Shown: in pieces, positions 41,460-54,800 of the stretch | Layout of the letters: every line of letters starts with the position of its first letter | Position numbering within the stretch: the first letter of the stretch is position 1 | Assembly (NCBI RefSeq): GCF_964355755.1 | Contig: NC_092679.1 | Span: 3,006,201 to 3,070,200 of the forward strand | Length of the DNA stretch: 64,000 nucleotides | Direction: 5' to 3' | Source of the DNA: Antedon mediterranea | Taxonomy: Eukaryota > Animalia > Echinodermata | Program-made: the position numbers and the translations under genes | The notes under the pieces: generated by a model | Told to the model about the DNA's origin: nothing | The model's input: only the letters and a program-made list of their open reading frames with translations | Databases searched by the model: none

Positions 41460-41790
41460 CATTCTTTTCTATTGGCTGACGAACCGGTGAATCTATTTTA
41501 ATTACACTCTTGTTTAAATTACCAGACCAGCCAATTCTATGTGTGCGTCACTTAGAGGGGGAATCCCGATAATCTGATAATTTGATTGGTGAATATTTCA
41601 TTTATATTCATAATTAGATGATTTAGGCCTACCAATAGCCGCGCGTCGCTACCGGATCGAAGCGGAGTACCAACAATTAAGGCCCGCCCATAGCTATGGA
41701 ATTTGGTTTATGACTCGCGGACGATATGTGAATTAAAATTTCCGTACGAATTTTTTTAATTCGCGGTAGGCCTAATCAACTTATTTCTCC
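41460..41790 (+). promoter_or_regulatory. Putative promoter of the orphan ORF
   Basis: Several CCAAT/ATTGG boxes, a GC box (CCCGCCC), local CpG enrichment and TAGGCCTA motifs like those near the 5' ends of the conserved genes. Also GGGGGAATCCC, a kappaB-like site, at ~41557-41567. Confidence 0.45.
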
Positions 41791-42166
41791 ATGGCCTAAT
41801 GTATGACTGAAACACTGCATATTTTCCTACAAACTGAGAACTTACTCACGGGATCGACTGGTACAAATTGATTAACTTTTTAGCGTACATCGGTGAATGA
41901 TCAGAGGTGAGATAATTTTGTACATTTGTGTATGTCACTTATACATTTTTTTTTAACATTTTGAATATTTCTTTCTTCGCCTTTTGTAATGTCTTTGGTG
42001 CCAATAGGCAAATAGGCCTATTATTATTTATGCGCTGCACTTTTGTATTCCACAAACCACCTGTAGGCCTAACTCTCAGTGTTAAAATTCTCATTAAAAA
42101 AAATGGTATAGTATTGCACGCATTCCACATAATATTTGATGCATAGATACACTATTTTTTACGCAG

Positions 42167-42724
42167 ATGGAACCCAAGAAATACCCCGTTGAACCGCCAG
42201 AAGGCCAGATAAACGATGATGTAGAAAATATAAGTATACCACCGATTCAAGAATCGGAAGAAGGAGATAGTACTGAAAGTATTCAAGTTATTTCAGGTGC
42301 ACATCTACTAGCAACTCCTGACCAACCGAAAAGCCAAAAACACAATAACGGAAATATCGGTACACCGATTCAACTATCGGAAGAACGACAAGATGTGGTT
42401 GCGAGATCGATTCAAAAATCAGAAATTCACAAACAACCAAAGAGCCAAAGTGATTTGAGAGTTATCGGTATTCCACCGATTCAAGTATCGGAGGAACGAG
42501 ATGGTGATGAGACTGAGAGTATCCAAATTATTCCACAACCAGGACTTCCTGAACAAGAACTATCACGTCAAATAATAAGAGAGTTCTGGAGGAGCATGCG
42601 CGTTAGACGACCTGTACAAGAAGTTGGCAACGCTGCTGCTGCTGCCAAAAGAGAGGGAACCAGCGGCACCGTCGTGTTTTACGATCCTATCAAATTGAGT
42701 ATTGAAGAAACAAACAAAAACTAA
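42167..42724 (+). CDS. Orphan 185-aa acidic Pro/Gln/Glu-rich protein with internal repeats
   Basis: 558-nt uninterrupted ORF in AT-rich DNA. The ATG directly follows a canonical acceptor (ttttttacgcag|ATG). Three diverged ~40-aa repeats. A promoter-like region lies upstream. No homologue recognised. Confidence 0.6.
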   Translation: MEPKKYPVEPPEGQINDDVENISIPPIQESEEGDSTESIQVISGAHLLATPDQPKSQKHNNGNIGTPIQLSEERQDVVARSIQKSEIHKQPKSQSDLRVIGIPPIQVSEERDGDETESIQIIPQPGLPEQELSRQIIREFWRSMRVRRPVQEVGNAAAAAKREGTSGTVVFYDPIKLSIEETNKN

Positions 42725-44617
42725 AAAGGATAATCGTATGTATAATAAGCCTATACATAATAACTTTGACATATTCGGTAAATCGCGCATTTCTTCTAGA
42801 ATTTTTATTCGATGGTATATAAAGTTGGTTCGTACTTCCGGTACTGATTTTAACCACCTAATGTAACCCTATTTACTAATTAAGTTGAGTTAGATAATTA
42901 GTTATTGAGGATCGCTCGCGTACCATCTAGTTATAATAATAATAATTAAATATTTAAAGACAAACAACTTAGATAAGAATGATAATATACGCACCATTAT
43001 TAATAGGGAACTTTCGATTTGCGGACCAGGCAATGCAGTTTTGGTCCACGGGTTGCTGTTTCCGTTATGGTTTTATTGTAGTTTTGTATATTCTAGGCCT
43101 ATATATAAAGAGCATTTTATGGGTAATATTATAATATATTCTTTTTTGTTTGTGCTAAATTTGTCAAAAGTCGTCGGACACATACATACACATATATATA
43201 TACCGTAGTTCCTCGGGTATAATCCCACCTCGAGTATAATCCCACCCCCGACTTTACGATTACCTTCGCACGCAAGCATATCCCCGGGCAAAGTCCCAGT
43301 GTATAATTTATCATTAGGACAGAGGTAGGCCTAGCTAGCTAGGCCGACGTCGATTTTTTTTAAAGAAATTCTCACCAAAAAATAGAGTAATTTCTCTGAA
43401 TTCGGCTGACTTAAAACTCATCAAACATTGGCCATCGTAAAGTTGAATACAACCTTAATATCATCGCCCCGATCTTCGCGTTCTGCACATCATGCATTCG
43501 CCGCACACTCGCTCGCCGTGTACATTCTGCATGCCTTGTTTACACTACTGCATGCTTGATTACCATAAAAAAAACACTACGGTACATACAGGCACAATGT
43601 CGCAAAGATGGATTTGCTTCTGGATTTGTACGATCGACTCAATTACAATTATTCAACCAAGACCAACGGCACACGGTAAATTGAGGAGTATAATAATGAG
43701 TAGTAGGCCTATGTTTTCTTTTGTATTGCTATTGAGAGTTTTATGGTAATTGTCAAATACGTTGGATCAATAAAGATATATTTTAGTGCATTGTTAAAGG
43801 ATAATAATATTGTATTGACAAACTGGGAAATGTTCAAACTGTAACTTGTAATACTGTTGGAATGTTTGTATCATTTTATTCTTGATTTACAGGCCTTAAC
43901 TTTTTAGTGTAATTATATTTTTTTAATTTAGAAAAACTGTAAATGCATAGCAATTATTATATCTCTGTTGTTATATTACCAAATTACTCGGAATATTTCA
44001 CCGTGATCATATAATAGTAATGGTATACATAGATAAATATAAATGATTATCGATCGCAGATTGATAGTTGATGTTTAAAATTTATACACTAAACATTTTA
44101 GATTTTATTATTTTACGAGTGTGGTCCAAGTCGATCCATACTCATAGATAGATAAATATAATTGGTTATTGATCGCAGATAGATTATTGACATTTATGTC
44201 ATTTATTTGTACACAATTTCGAAAATATATTTGAGACGACTCTGTTAACGTTCATTAATAAAAGTAAAAGAAAAATCTTTAATAAATGTAATTTTGTTTT
44301 TCTTTCACTGGAGCACTTCCACTTCGATTTTAGCCGACTTTCAGTGTTGCAAGTTGATCAAAATATGTAGACCTAACTCAAAAAATATTATAAATGCAGT
44401 AATGCGAACAAGACGGGAAGAATTTACTTCACCGTCGCCTAGTTTGCACTCTAGTTGGCCTGTAATAACTCTATGATCAGCACAAAAAGGACCAAATGAC
44501 TATTTTATGGAATCAAGTGTACATAATGTACATACAACTTAACTTTACAAAACGTATAAGCAACGTTGAATCATGAGCATCATGATAACCTTTTTATTCA
44601 AATGGTAAAATAGATAA

Positions 44618-46990
44618 TACTTGCTTGATACTTGCTTGATGTTATGGGTCGGTTAGAAAGCTAAATATAGCTTATATGACCCTTCCTGTCTTCTTATGAC
44701 TCCGCGCTCTGGGTGTACACATAATGTTCCAAAGTGTTTATAAATGTGAAAAAGTAAACTTGCAGTCAAGGGACTGCCAATGATCATTGAGGAGTGACTT
44801 GAACAGATTTAAATTTGGAGCTTTTACAACATTAGATGGTAAGTTATTCCACGAGTCCACAACTCTACAACTGAAGGAAAACTTCCTGAAACTAAACTTG
44901 TTTTTATATAGCTTGTATTCATGACCTCTAGTTCCATGACAATAAACAAATGTAAAAAACTTTCTGCATTCTATAGCGTCAAGACCATTTATAATTCTGA
45001 AGATTTGGATCATATCCGCTCTTAATCGTCTGTACTCCAGTGTAGGTAAACCCAAAAACTTCAATCTATACGGATATGCCAAATGTTTTATTTCTTACAA
45101 TGATTTGGTAGCTCTTCGTTGAACCGACTCGATTTTCTTAATCAGTCCAATTTGATGAGGTGCCCAGACACAACAGTTAAATTCCAAGACAGGGCGGACT
45201 AAAGATTTGTATAGACTAAGAAACATATCCTTATCGTTGTAACAAAAAGTCCTTTTGATGAGACCCACTATTTTATTTGCCTTAGCAACACAGCAATTTA
45301 TATGATAATCAAAGTTCAATTTATGATCAAAGTATACTCCGAGATCCTTTTCTATAGCAGTCTCTTCAATTTTAACTTTATCTTGTACATTTACAAAATA
45401 CTCATTCTTTTCATTTGTTTTCCCCATATACAACATCTTGCACTTGTTGGCATTGAAAGGTAGTTGCCATCTGGTCGACCAATTAAACATAATAATTATC
45501 AAGTGAGATCTGCAATTTTTCTTGGGATTCCCCATAATCATAAACTTTAGTATCATCAGCGAACATCTTAACTTCTGATACTGCAACTTCAGGCAAGTCA
45601 TTGATAAAGAGTAAGAATGAAATCGGACCAAGCACACTTCCTTGCGGAACACCACTTATCACATCCGACCATTTCGACAGAGTCCCATTTAACATTACTC
45701 GTTGTCTTCTACCTTTTAAGAAGTCTTGAATCCAATTATAGACGTTACCAGAGATACCATAAGCTTCAACCTTCCTTAACAGTCTCATGAGGTACAGAAT
45801 CGAAGGCCTTTTGGAAGTCCAAATATGCCACATCAATATCACGCCCAAAAAATAAAATGCTTAATTAAAGAATCTCTAATAATGCTTTCCATAACTTTAC
45901 AACAAACAGCAGTCAAGCTAACAGGCCGATAATTATTTACTTCCACCCTGCTTCCTTTTTTAAAAATAGGTACAATATGAGCTTCTTTCCAATTCCGAGG
46001 AACAATACCTTCTTTCAATGAATTAGAAAACATTTTACTTAGCGGCTCAAAAATATAAGCTCTGCACTCTCTTAAAATCATAGGGTGAATACCATCAGGT
46101 CCTGGACTCTTAGTCACATTTAAATTCTTAAATACAACGATTTGGGGTGATATTTCAACTTCAGAACAAACTGTATCAAAAACTCTTCTTTGAAACTCTG
46201 GTACGTTATCAATATCTTCCCTTACAAAAACTGTAGAGAAAAAAGTATTAAGTATCTCAGTCTTGGACTGATCATCACTGTGTACCACATTGTTCTCATC
46301 TTTCAGGGATGGTAGTCTCGCTTTAACCTTGGTTTTGGAGTTTACATATCGCCAGAATGATTTGGGTTTCTGTTTTATTTCGGAAGCAATCATTTTTTCA
46401 AAGTTCCAAATGGCCTTCCTTTTCATGGATGTTACTTTATTTCTAGCATCTTTAAATTTTGCTTGATTAGATCTGCTTGGACAATGGTTATACCTAAACC
46501 ATGCATTTCTTTTAAGCTTTATCATTTTTTTCATTTCTTGTTTATCCAAAGAGGCTCTTTGACCTTACTGTTGTCCCCCTTTTTTGCCTTGGGAATGTGC
46601 CATCCACTAGTTTCTGCAATAATTTCACTAAACAAATTCCAACACTCTTCTGTTCCACCATTTTCAAATTTCCCCTCCCAATCAATCTTTTTTAGTTCTT
46701 CATTTATTTGAACATAATCACCGTAATGATAATTTGGTTTTAACAAGATATTGTCTTGCGACTCAATGTAACAATCAAATTTAAATGTTAATACTGCGTG
46801 ATCGCTTTTACCGAGTGGTGCACTGTAACAAATGTCATCGATCATGTCCTCTTCATTTGTAAAAACCAAGTCTAAAAGACTAGGATTCTGTCCATCTCTA
46901 AATCTAGTTGCTTGTGTTACATGTTGAAAGTAAAAATGATCCTGAACCCAGTTCATAAAATTTGTTCCATCATGACTATCAGAGTATAAG
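44618..46990 (-). mobile_element. 5'-truncated, frameshifted CR1-clade LINE ORF2
   Basis: Endonuclease C-terminus (LLDLVFT, GKSDH). RT motifs KSPGPDGI, NYRPVSLT, SGVPQGSVLGP, FADDTK, EKDLGV and ESVQRRATK are split over five ORFs. Short tandem tail (ATCAAGCAAGT) at 44618-44640. Confidence 0.92.
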
Positions 46991-48814
46991 TAACATCCAA
47001 AAACAAAACAACCTCTAGGCCTAGTAGATGAACAAGCAAAATAATTTATTCAAAACATAATGTAAATTGTAAACGTAGTAATAAAAAAAAGAAGTGCTTA
47101 ATTAATTCTTTGCCAGAAATATGTTGATTGTAAACCACAATCTATCCAAATATGGTACATTTCTCTCCAAATATGGTATTTTTCTATCCAAATATGGTAT
47201 GTTTCTTATATACATATTATTATAAATTAATTTTACACTATTTAACTTCAAATTTGTTCTATGAAGAATATTAATAGTAAATGGTTAAAACATAGCGGGG
47301 GGGGGGGGGGGGAGGATGCTTTAAATGTTTCTGTTAAATAAAATAAAACTAAACAAACAAATATAAAAACATGTAACATATTAGGACAAATTATATCTTA
47401 TTATGTAAATATTAAGTAAAGATAGGTTTGCATGTATTTGAATTAGACCTACACGGTGTACAGAACCCGGTGTGGGAACAAAATATTTGTGAAGGGGGGG
47501 GGGGGGTCAGTTTACCATATTTATTTGAATAAACGCTCTGCTTTCTTTTGTATTTATCAAGAATTTGAATAAAATAGTTAAACAAAAAATTTAATATCAA
47601 ATTTTACTTTAGAAAGTAAGATTTAAAAATATTGATTGATGGTATTAAATAAAATGTATGTAGTTCAAATACTATGAGGAAGTCTCAAAAAGTTTAAATT
47701 TAAAGTTTAAATTTAACATAAAAAAATGCTCAATAAAATCATTTCAATTAAATAAAGCTCTGCTCAAATTAATTTATTTTCTAATGTGATATATATATCT
47801 CATTATAAAGTAGAGAGAATAAACAAATGTGTATTAAAATAACAATAATTTGGTATTGTAATAAAGTTTTCTACAGTATAATAGGGGGCACTAGATACCT
47901 TTTTTTCCTTCTCAAGTCATTCAAGCAATACAATGAAATACAGCTTTTTGTATCGTAATTTGACTCAACAGGACTCGAGATGATCCACACGTATTGGAAA
48001 GCAAACAAAGAACCTTTTTTTTTGTGGGGAACCCTGTTTGTTGCAGATGTTAATATTATCTTATCATCGTCATGCTTCATCACCCAGCCGGAGATTCTCA
48101 GATGACCTTGGTGGTACAACTGGTTTTAATATTTCAATATCCATTTTATCATTTAATATAGCATTGTTGCATACAACCTTTTTCTGAGTATTATTTACAA
48201 TGAGTGCTGGTGAGCTAAAAAACAAATACAAAGAACATTTAAAACAACTGTAAATGATCGAATATGCCCAGTAGTCTAATAAGCGCCTTAGTTCAGTATA
48301 GCATACAAATATTCTTTTCATTGACAGTTTCCGATTAAAACTCTATGGGCAGCCAGAGGTGCCTGAAATAGGAGGGCTATTACTCGCTGAGGGGGTTTGA
48401 ATATGTAGGTATGTTGAAAGAAAGCCGATTGTTGGTTAATGTAATCAGGGAGTTGTTATTAGATCTTTAACAACTCTGAATGAATTTTGTCACTTTATAT
48501 AAAGGTGGTTTGAATGTTGCCGTTCAAAAGCACCAGAGGGCACTATTTCATAAGTTGGCAAACATCTCAGGAAGCTAGATCGGATGTAAAATGTACACTT
48601 GGTGCAGATTTGGCTAATTTGCATACAAGTGTCTGAATGCAAATACCTTACTGCACCTGTAGATATAAACTTCTTAGCTTACCAGTGGAATATGGATGTC
48701 TAATTACAAGGTAATATAAATTGTACGAGACATCTGCGCATAATTATTGCAAATATTAAAGTTGTACATACAGTACATTTGGTGCAAAATCTCTATAAAT
48801 TAACCACTACACCT

Positions 48815-51800
48815 TCATTCCATTTTACTGCGTTCAATATTTGTAACTATTTCTTCATCGGAGTCATCAAATGCGGCGAGAGCCCTGTAAAAAAAGAATT
48901 TTATAAATAGAATAACGTTAACGATAATAAAGGTGAAAGGCGTCTTCTTGTCTTTGGAATGATCTGTCACAAGCTATTAGAGAGGCAACATCAATCGATA
49001 TTTCAAGTCTTAAGCAACATCTTTTTTCTTACTTCGGTAGGATAGGATAGACAGATGCCCTTTTCACTCTAGCTCCTGTGAATACTGTTCCAGCTAGCTC
49101 TCATATGTAAGCTTCAAAGTGCTGGAAAACGGAGCAGTGTAAATGGCTCTTCTGCTTTTTTTTTTTTTTTTTTTTGCTATCTTAGGTTATTTTATGGATC
49201 ATTTTTTGTGTAAAGCGCTTAGAGACATTGTATTAGACTACCATTATTATTATTATACAGTATTGGTATTTATTATACCGAGCAGTTAAGACAGTGGAAC
49301 CGTAATTACGTAGCCATAACATCGGCAAGGATTTCGAGGCTCACTCACTCCATGGTTCTGGTGGTAGAACGAGTCTTCTCGGATAAGGACTATAAACCGT
49401 AGGTCCAGTGTACACATTTAGCTCGTGTGCACTTTAAAGAACCTAGTACATTCTTTTGAGACGAGTAGGGGATTACCCCGGTGTATTAGTACATCACAGC
49501 CACTGATCATAACTGGGCCCTCTGGGAGACCAGTCTTTGACTGAAGAGGTTACCCAGTATAAATATATATTTCAATTCAATTCAAAAATATATTTTAATT
49601 CAATAAATTGCAAGATAAAAAATGTCACTTACGCATCTGCTACAGAAGCTGGAATATTATCTTCGATCCACTTAAGATCGTCTTCGACTTTATTTGGCGT
49701 AGAATCAGTACGGTTTACATTACGCATTTTCATGCCCTCTGAAAAATATATAATTATGGTAAGCTTCACAAAGTAAACCAGAAGGCAATGAATGAAGAGT
49801 GAAGGGGAGGGGGGACGGGGTCGGTGAGAGGTTGAAATGAGACCTACCAAATGATTCTGGAATCATAGGCTCCTTTGACTCATCATCATCAAGCGCGTCA
49901 GTGAGCGGTGAGTAAGCGTAACGCTGGTTGTTGGCGGTTGGACGCCACAAGATGATGATTACAACAAGTACAATGTAAAACAGAATGTGCCAGTACGCAT
50001 CGTCCAACCAAAGCTCCGACCATCTCTAGCAAAAAATGATTTAAATTATATTTAAATAACAAAGTTAATAACACATCATCTACAAAGTTTCTCCTGCACT
50101 TAGTTTGTTTCAACGTATTCAATTCAACTTTATTTAACCAGGGAGGCCCAGATCAACACATGGTTGTTCTTCCCTGGGGCCGTGCACAAACAAAAAAATA
50201 CAAATTCAACTACAACAGTTTATGTTTAAATGATGTTAGGGTCATAGACGAGTGAATGTTAACACCAAGGTTGTTCCATTCAAGTGCAAGGCTTTGTTTT
50301 TTTATAGATGTAGATCCATAAAGGCCAATTTACACAGACGAGCGGTAACGGTAATAAAAATATAGAATCTATGTTATTCCTTATGACCATTTACATACAA
50401 CACGGAACGAACAGGCAGTTTACACTCAGGATAGATACAGATTCTACGAGTAACATCGTAAGCGGCTTTCCGCTTACCGTTAACGTTTGTCTGTGTAAAT
50501 TGGCCTTTAGTCCGGTTTTGTTGATGGGTAATGAATCAACAATTAAGATACTTTAGGCTGTGATAAAAACATATATATTTTACAAATTTGTAGATGTGTA
50601 TTTTGCTATCATATAATTCAAAATGCAATGAACAGAAACACTTACAGTGACACAGACAGCGGCTTTGTGTTCCTTCAAAGACCATACGAGGAAAATGATG
50701 GCAGCAACGATGCAAAAGATAAGACAGTTGGTGAAATGGCGGTACAGCCAGAGCTTGACAAGGTTACGGCGAAGTCTCAGCGTTCTCGTTGTGTCCACCA
50801 AGTTTGTAAAGATGTGAAGTTAAATGTAAGGAAGATAAATAAAACTCTAACGTATTGTTTATCATTGATAACATTGAAAACTAGAGTGCTGCTGAAAAAT
50901 AAAAGAATCGCCTGTCGAACTAAATATGAAAGTTGTTTTTTTCAAAGTGTGACAGCATTCTCATTGACTTATACCCCTTTCACACCAAAAGCAAAACTCT
51001 TGAGACACTCCGGAGTTGACGCCCCGCTGTTTGGTGTGAAAGGTAAAATCAAGCAACTCCGGAGTTTAAAACTGCGGGGTTGAACAGTTGAACATTCTCC
51101 GGAGAGCGAACTGCGGGGACACCCCGGCGCGGTGTTTTGGTGTGAAAGGTACCAACATCAAACTCCGGAGTGTTTCGGGTCAAAAGGTTATCCTCGCACG
51201 ATCACTCATTGCTTTAGTTACTTTAAATATTTGTACAAAATATATAGCGGGTTTAAAAAATAATAAGTAGTATCAATTAAACATTATATTACTTCTGAGA
51301 CTTTTGAAAGTAATTATTAAATTAAAAATATTATTAATTAAAATGATTCTAATGATTGTCGCTATGTAAACAAACAAAATAGAGGGCGACACTTACAATT
51401 TTATTTTATAAACCCAGGTGTTGCTAGGTTGGTGTGAAAGGTTATCTCCGGAGTTTCTCGACGTTTTGAATGGTCATAAACCCTGGGGTGTCTCCGGAGA
51501 CATTCCGGAGTATTGGTGTGAAAGGGGTATATGTGTAATAAACTTCAATTCTAACCAATGAGAATAATTAGAAAAGAAGTTACAATTCTAAAATTTGGAA
51601 TAAGATGACGATGATACAGGCCTTGTAACTTGCAGCCATACTACAAATTGCACTCCTCAATACATTCAGGTGTGCTGTAGGTATGTTTTTGTATCTAAGT
51701 GTGTAGAAGTTTACCAAATCTAAATCACACCACAGGAGCATTTTAGGTGTATGTTAGGCAAGTACATGCCTCTTAAGACAAGGCCTAGTATTACATCATT

Positions 51801-54800
51801 TTGAAATTCCCAAAGCATAACCAAAATATTATGAAATAACTTTATTGCTTTTTAGAATACTAATATCAATACATATTGTGATATCAATGGTTGGATAAAG
51901 CTCTGTCTACACCATCAAACTAGTTTGACAAAAAAAATGTGATGTGCCCAAATATGGTAGTGATATCATCATGTCTATATGCCCTATATGGGCACATCAC
52001 ATTTTTTGTCACATAAAGTTTGATAGTGTAGACTATAGGAACACTTAAAATGGACCTGAAATGGAATTTTGATTTTCAAGAAATTCACACATGTTATTTA
52101 AATCTATATATAAATTTACGTAAGGGCAAAATTCGGTAAATCTCGGTTTATTTCTAGAATTTCTACTCAATGGTATATAAAGTTGGTTCATACTTTCGGT
52201 ACTGATTTTAACCATCTGATGTAACCCTGTTTACTAATTAAATTGAGTTAGGTAATTAGTTATTGACGATTAAAACGAATTTAGGTTCAACGATTTGCCC
52301 CAAATAGGGGTGTTTTCCGATCGTGGTATACACTGTCTAATGGATGTCCATCTTGAAAAATACCCGCCACAAAAATACGAGGAGGCTTCGCATTTTCCTA
52401 TCTCCTCCTACGATAATTGTTTTTAATAGCTGAAAACTGGTTGAACAGCTAGAGTACAGCATCATAATGTTGAAGACAGGCCGATTTTCTTAAAAAAATA
52501 CTATTTTGATAGATTTAATATACGATTATACAAATGTATTGATTTGCGATGAATGGAACATTCCAATCTCTGTTTCACAAGTGTCTATTCCCTCAGGCGT
52601 CGTAAAGGCAAGTACAGCACTGTATACTCGAAATTCGATCCATTTTTGTTTTCAATCTGTGCTGCAGAGGTTGGATATAATTTTTTTTTAAACGGATAAT
52701 GAGCTAGCGTTTTCACTTGCCGTATATTATGTACAAATCTTTATTATTGCAGTTAAACCACCCACATCATCACCTTTCCCTCACTGGCATGAGTAGCGTT
52801 GTAAAACCAGTAGAGAATAGGCCTACGGTACATCACATGCCCTAAACGCAGAACAACTTTGGTGGGTAGGGTAGGAACCAACTTAAGTATGAATGGGCTC
52901 TAAGAAACAATTGAAAACCATTAGGCCTACTAATTAAGTTGAGTTAGATAATTTAATATTTATTGACGATTAAATCGAATTTATGATTTTCCCCGAATAG
53001 AGGTGGTTTTCACAAATTGTTTTACATTATATTATAAACATATACACGTCGTAGTGATGTATCGTTACATGTGCTGTACTATTTCAATCGACTAGGACGG
53101 TGATAGTTTCAACAAAGTATTACATCGCAATGTTTTACTGTGTTTAGTGGTATATTATTTGTAAAACATGAAAGCAATTAATATTTCGTTACTAAATGGA
53201 TAAAGAATATATTTTAACATTGTTCCTCTTTGCACCCATCCTCTTCCCCATCCCTCAACCCTAATGTTACATACAAAACACAAATTAAGTTTGTTTAAAT
53301 TTGACTTAAACAATTGGTCTTATTTTATAATATAATAGGGTGCTAATTTTAGTTGAGTACATAAATCACAGTGTCTATTTATTCGTTCCTGTAAACGACA
53401 TGTATTATTGTCCTGCGGTACGTAACATTTGAAATCGCCAGTTTTTTAACGCTGAAATTATTATGTATTCGAGAACCATCTGTGGGCACGACCTAGATGG
53501 TATGCGAGCGAAGCGAGCGTACCATCTAGTGTATCAAATTAACACAAACCCATACAAATAAAAACAAAATGTATAGTATTTTGAGTAAAAACGAAATTTT
53601 AAGATACCATGGTAAATTAGCGAAAATTACTCACGCCATTGCAATATTCTATTTCAACGGCCGTCGGAAGCCTCTATATTCACGACGTCACATATACACA
53701 CGATGATATCGAGAGCGTGTATGCCGCCCGATAGTCAGTGAATGATCGACGGCCTGGAAAGATACGTGAAGCGTTGACACTAATACTAACTTATTCAATA
53801 TCTAATGTTGTTGAAATATAGGTTCCTAAAATGTACTTCGTTTGTTATAAAACCCGAATTTAGAAGGCCTACCTCCCAAACCTTTACTAGGCCTAGGCCC
53901 CCAATCAAGCGCGCGAAGTCGATCCACCACACCCACATCATGCGGCGAGGCTCCGTTTCATGTGCATCCAAGGACCAAAGCGATATCAACAACTTGCTGC
54001 GCTCATTGTCAAGCCAAAGTAAAATATGAACAAAATTCGTTTTCGAACTGCCTGATTCGTGACAAATAAATTATCATCTCATATTACTAATTTAATTCTG
54101 CTAAACTAAAAACTAAAGAAACTAACACATTTTAGCAGTATAAATTACGAACGATATACAAAATACACGAACGGAAAATATGGATACGCATCATTGCGCA
54201 CGGAGCTGTATCCCGGACAACGTTGCCAGGCCAACTTCGGTATTGCCAGAAAAAAACAGTTGATTTTAAGATTTTAAATCGTCATTTACTCGATGAATAA
54301 CCGTTTATACGGTAATAATTTTATCTAAAAAAATTCTAAATACGTTTCTGCAAATGCACAAGCATTTTTTAGAAAATACTCCATAGATTTCAAGAGTTAT
54401 AGCCAAAAAACTGCAAATTGTCCATTGGAGGGATAGGAATATATTCGCAAAGTGACGTCACCCGCGAATTTCTTTGATTTTCAAATGGGGCTTTCCCCAA
54501 AAGGGCCAATTTATATTTTGTAACAATATACATTCTAACAACACCTAATAGCCCCCAAAACATCATTCTAAAATGAAAAAAATCGAAAATCCATTTCAGG
54601 TCCATTTTAATAAGAGTGGGTTGTATGACACTAACAAAAGGATATCCAGTAGCAAATGACAGCATCCAGGACAGCTAGAGGAATGCTGGCTACAAGGTCT
54701 TGCTGTACACTCTATAAAGATAAATAATTATTAATTTATAACCTCATCACCAATTGTTTTTAGGCCTTACCAAGAAAGACAGTGGAACCCCTCGTCTGAA

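Larger units (their letters stand above)
50814..54645 (-). other. U12-type AT-AC intron in TMEM87
   Basis: Donor TGG|ATATCCTTT. The 3' end is TTCCTTAC-ATTTAACTTC-AC|ATC. Joining gives in-frame DAVICYW|IFTNLVDT, which matches the family. Confidence 0.93.

Noticed and set aside
44738-46956. Active or domesticated reverse transcriptase
   Set aside because: Several frameshifts, an apparent internal RT deletion near 45845 and 5' truncation indicate a dead CR1 copy.
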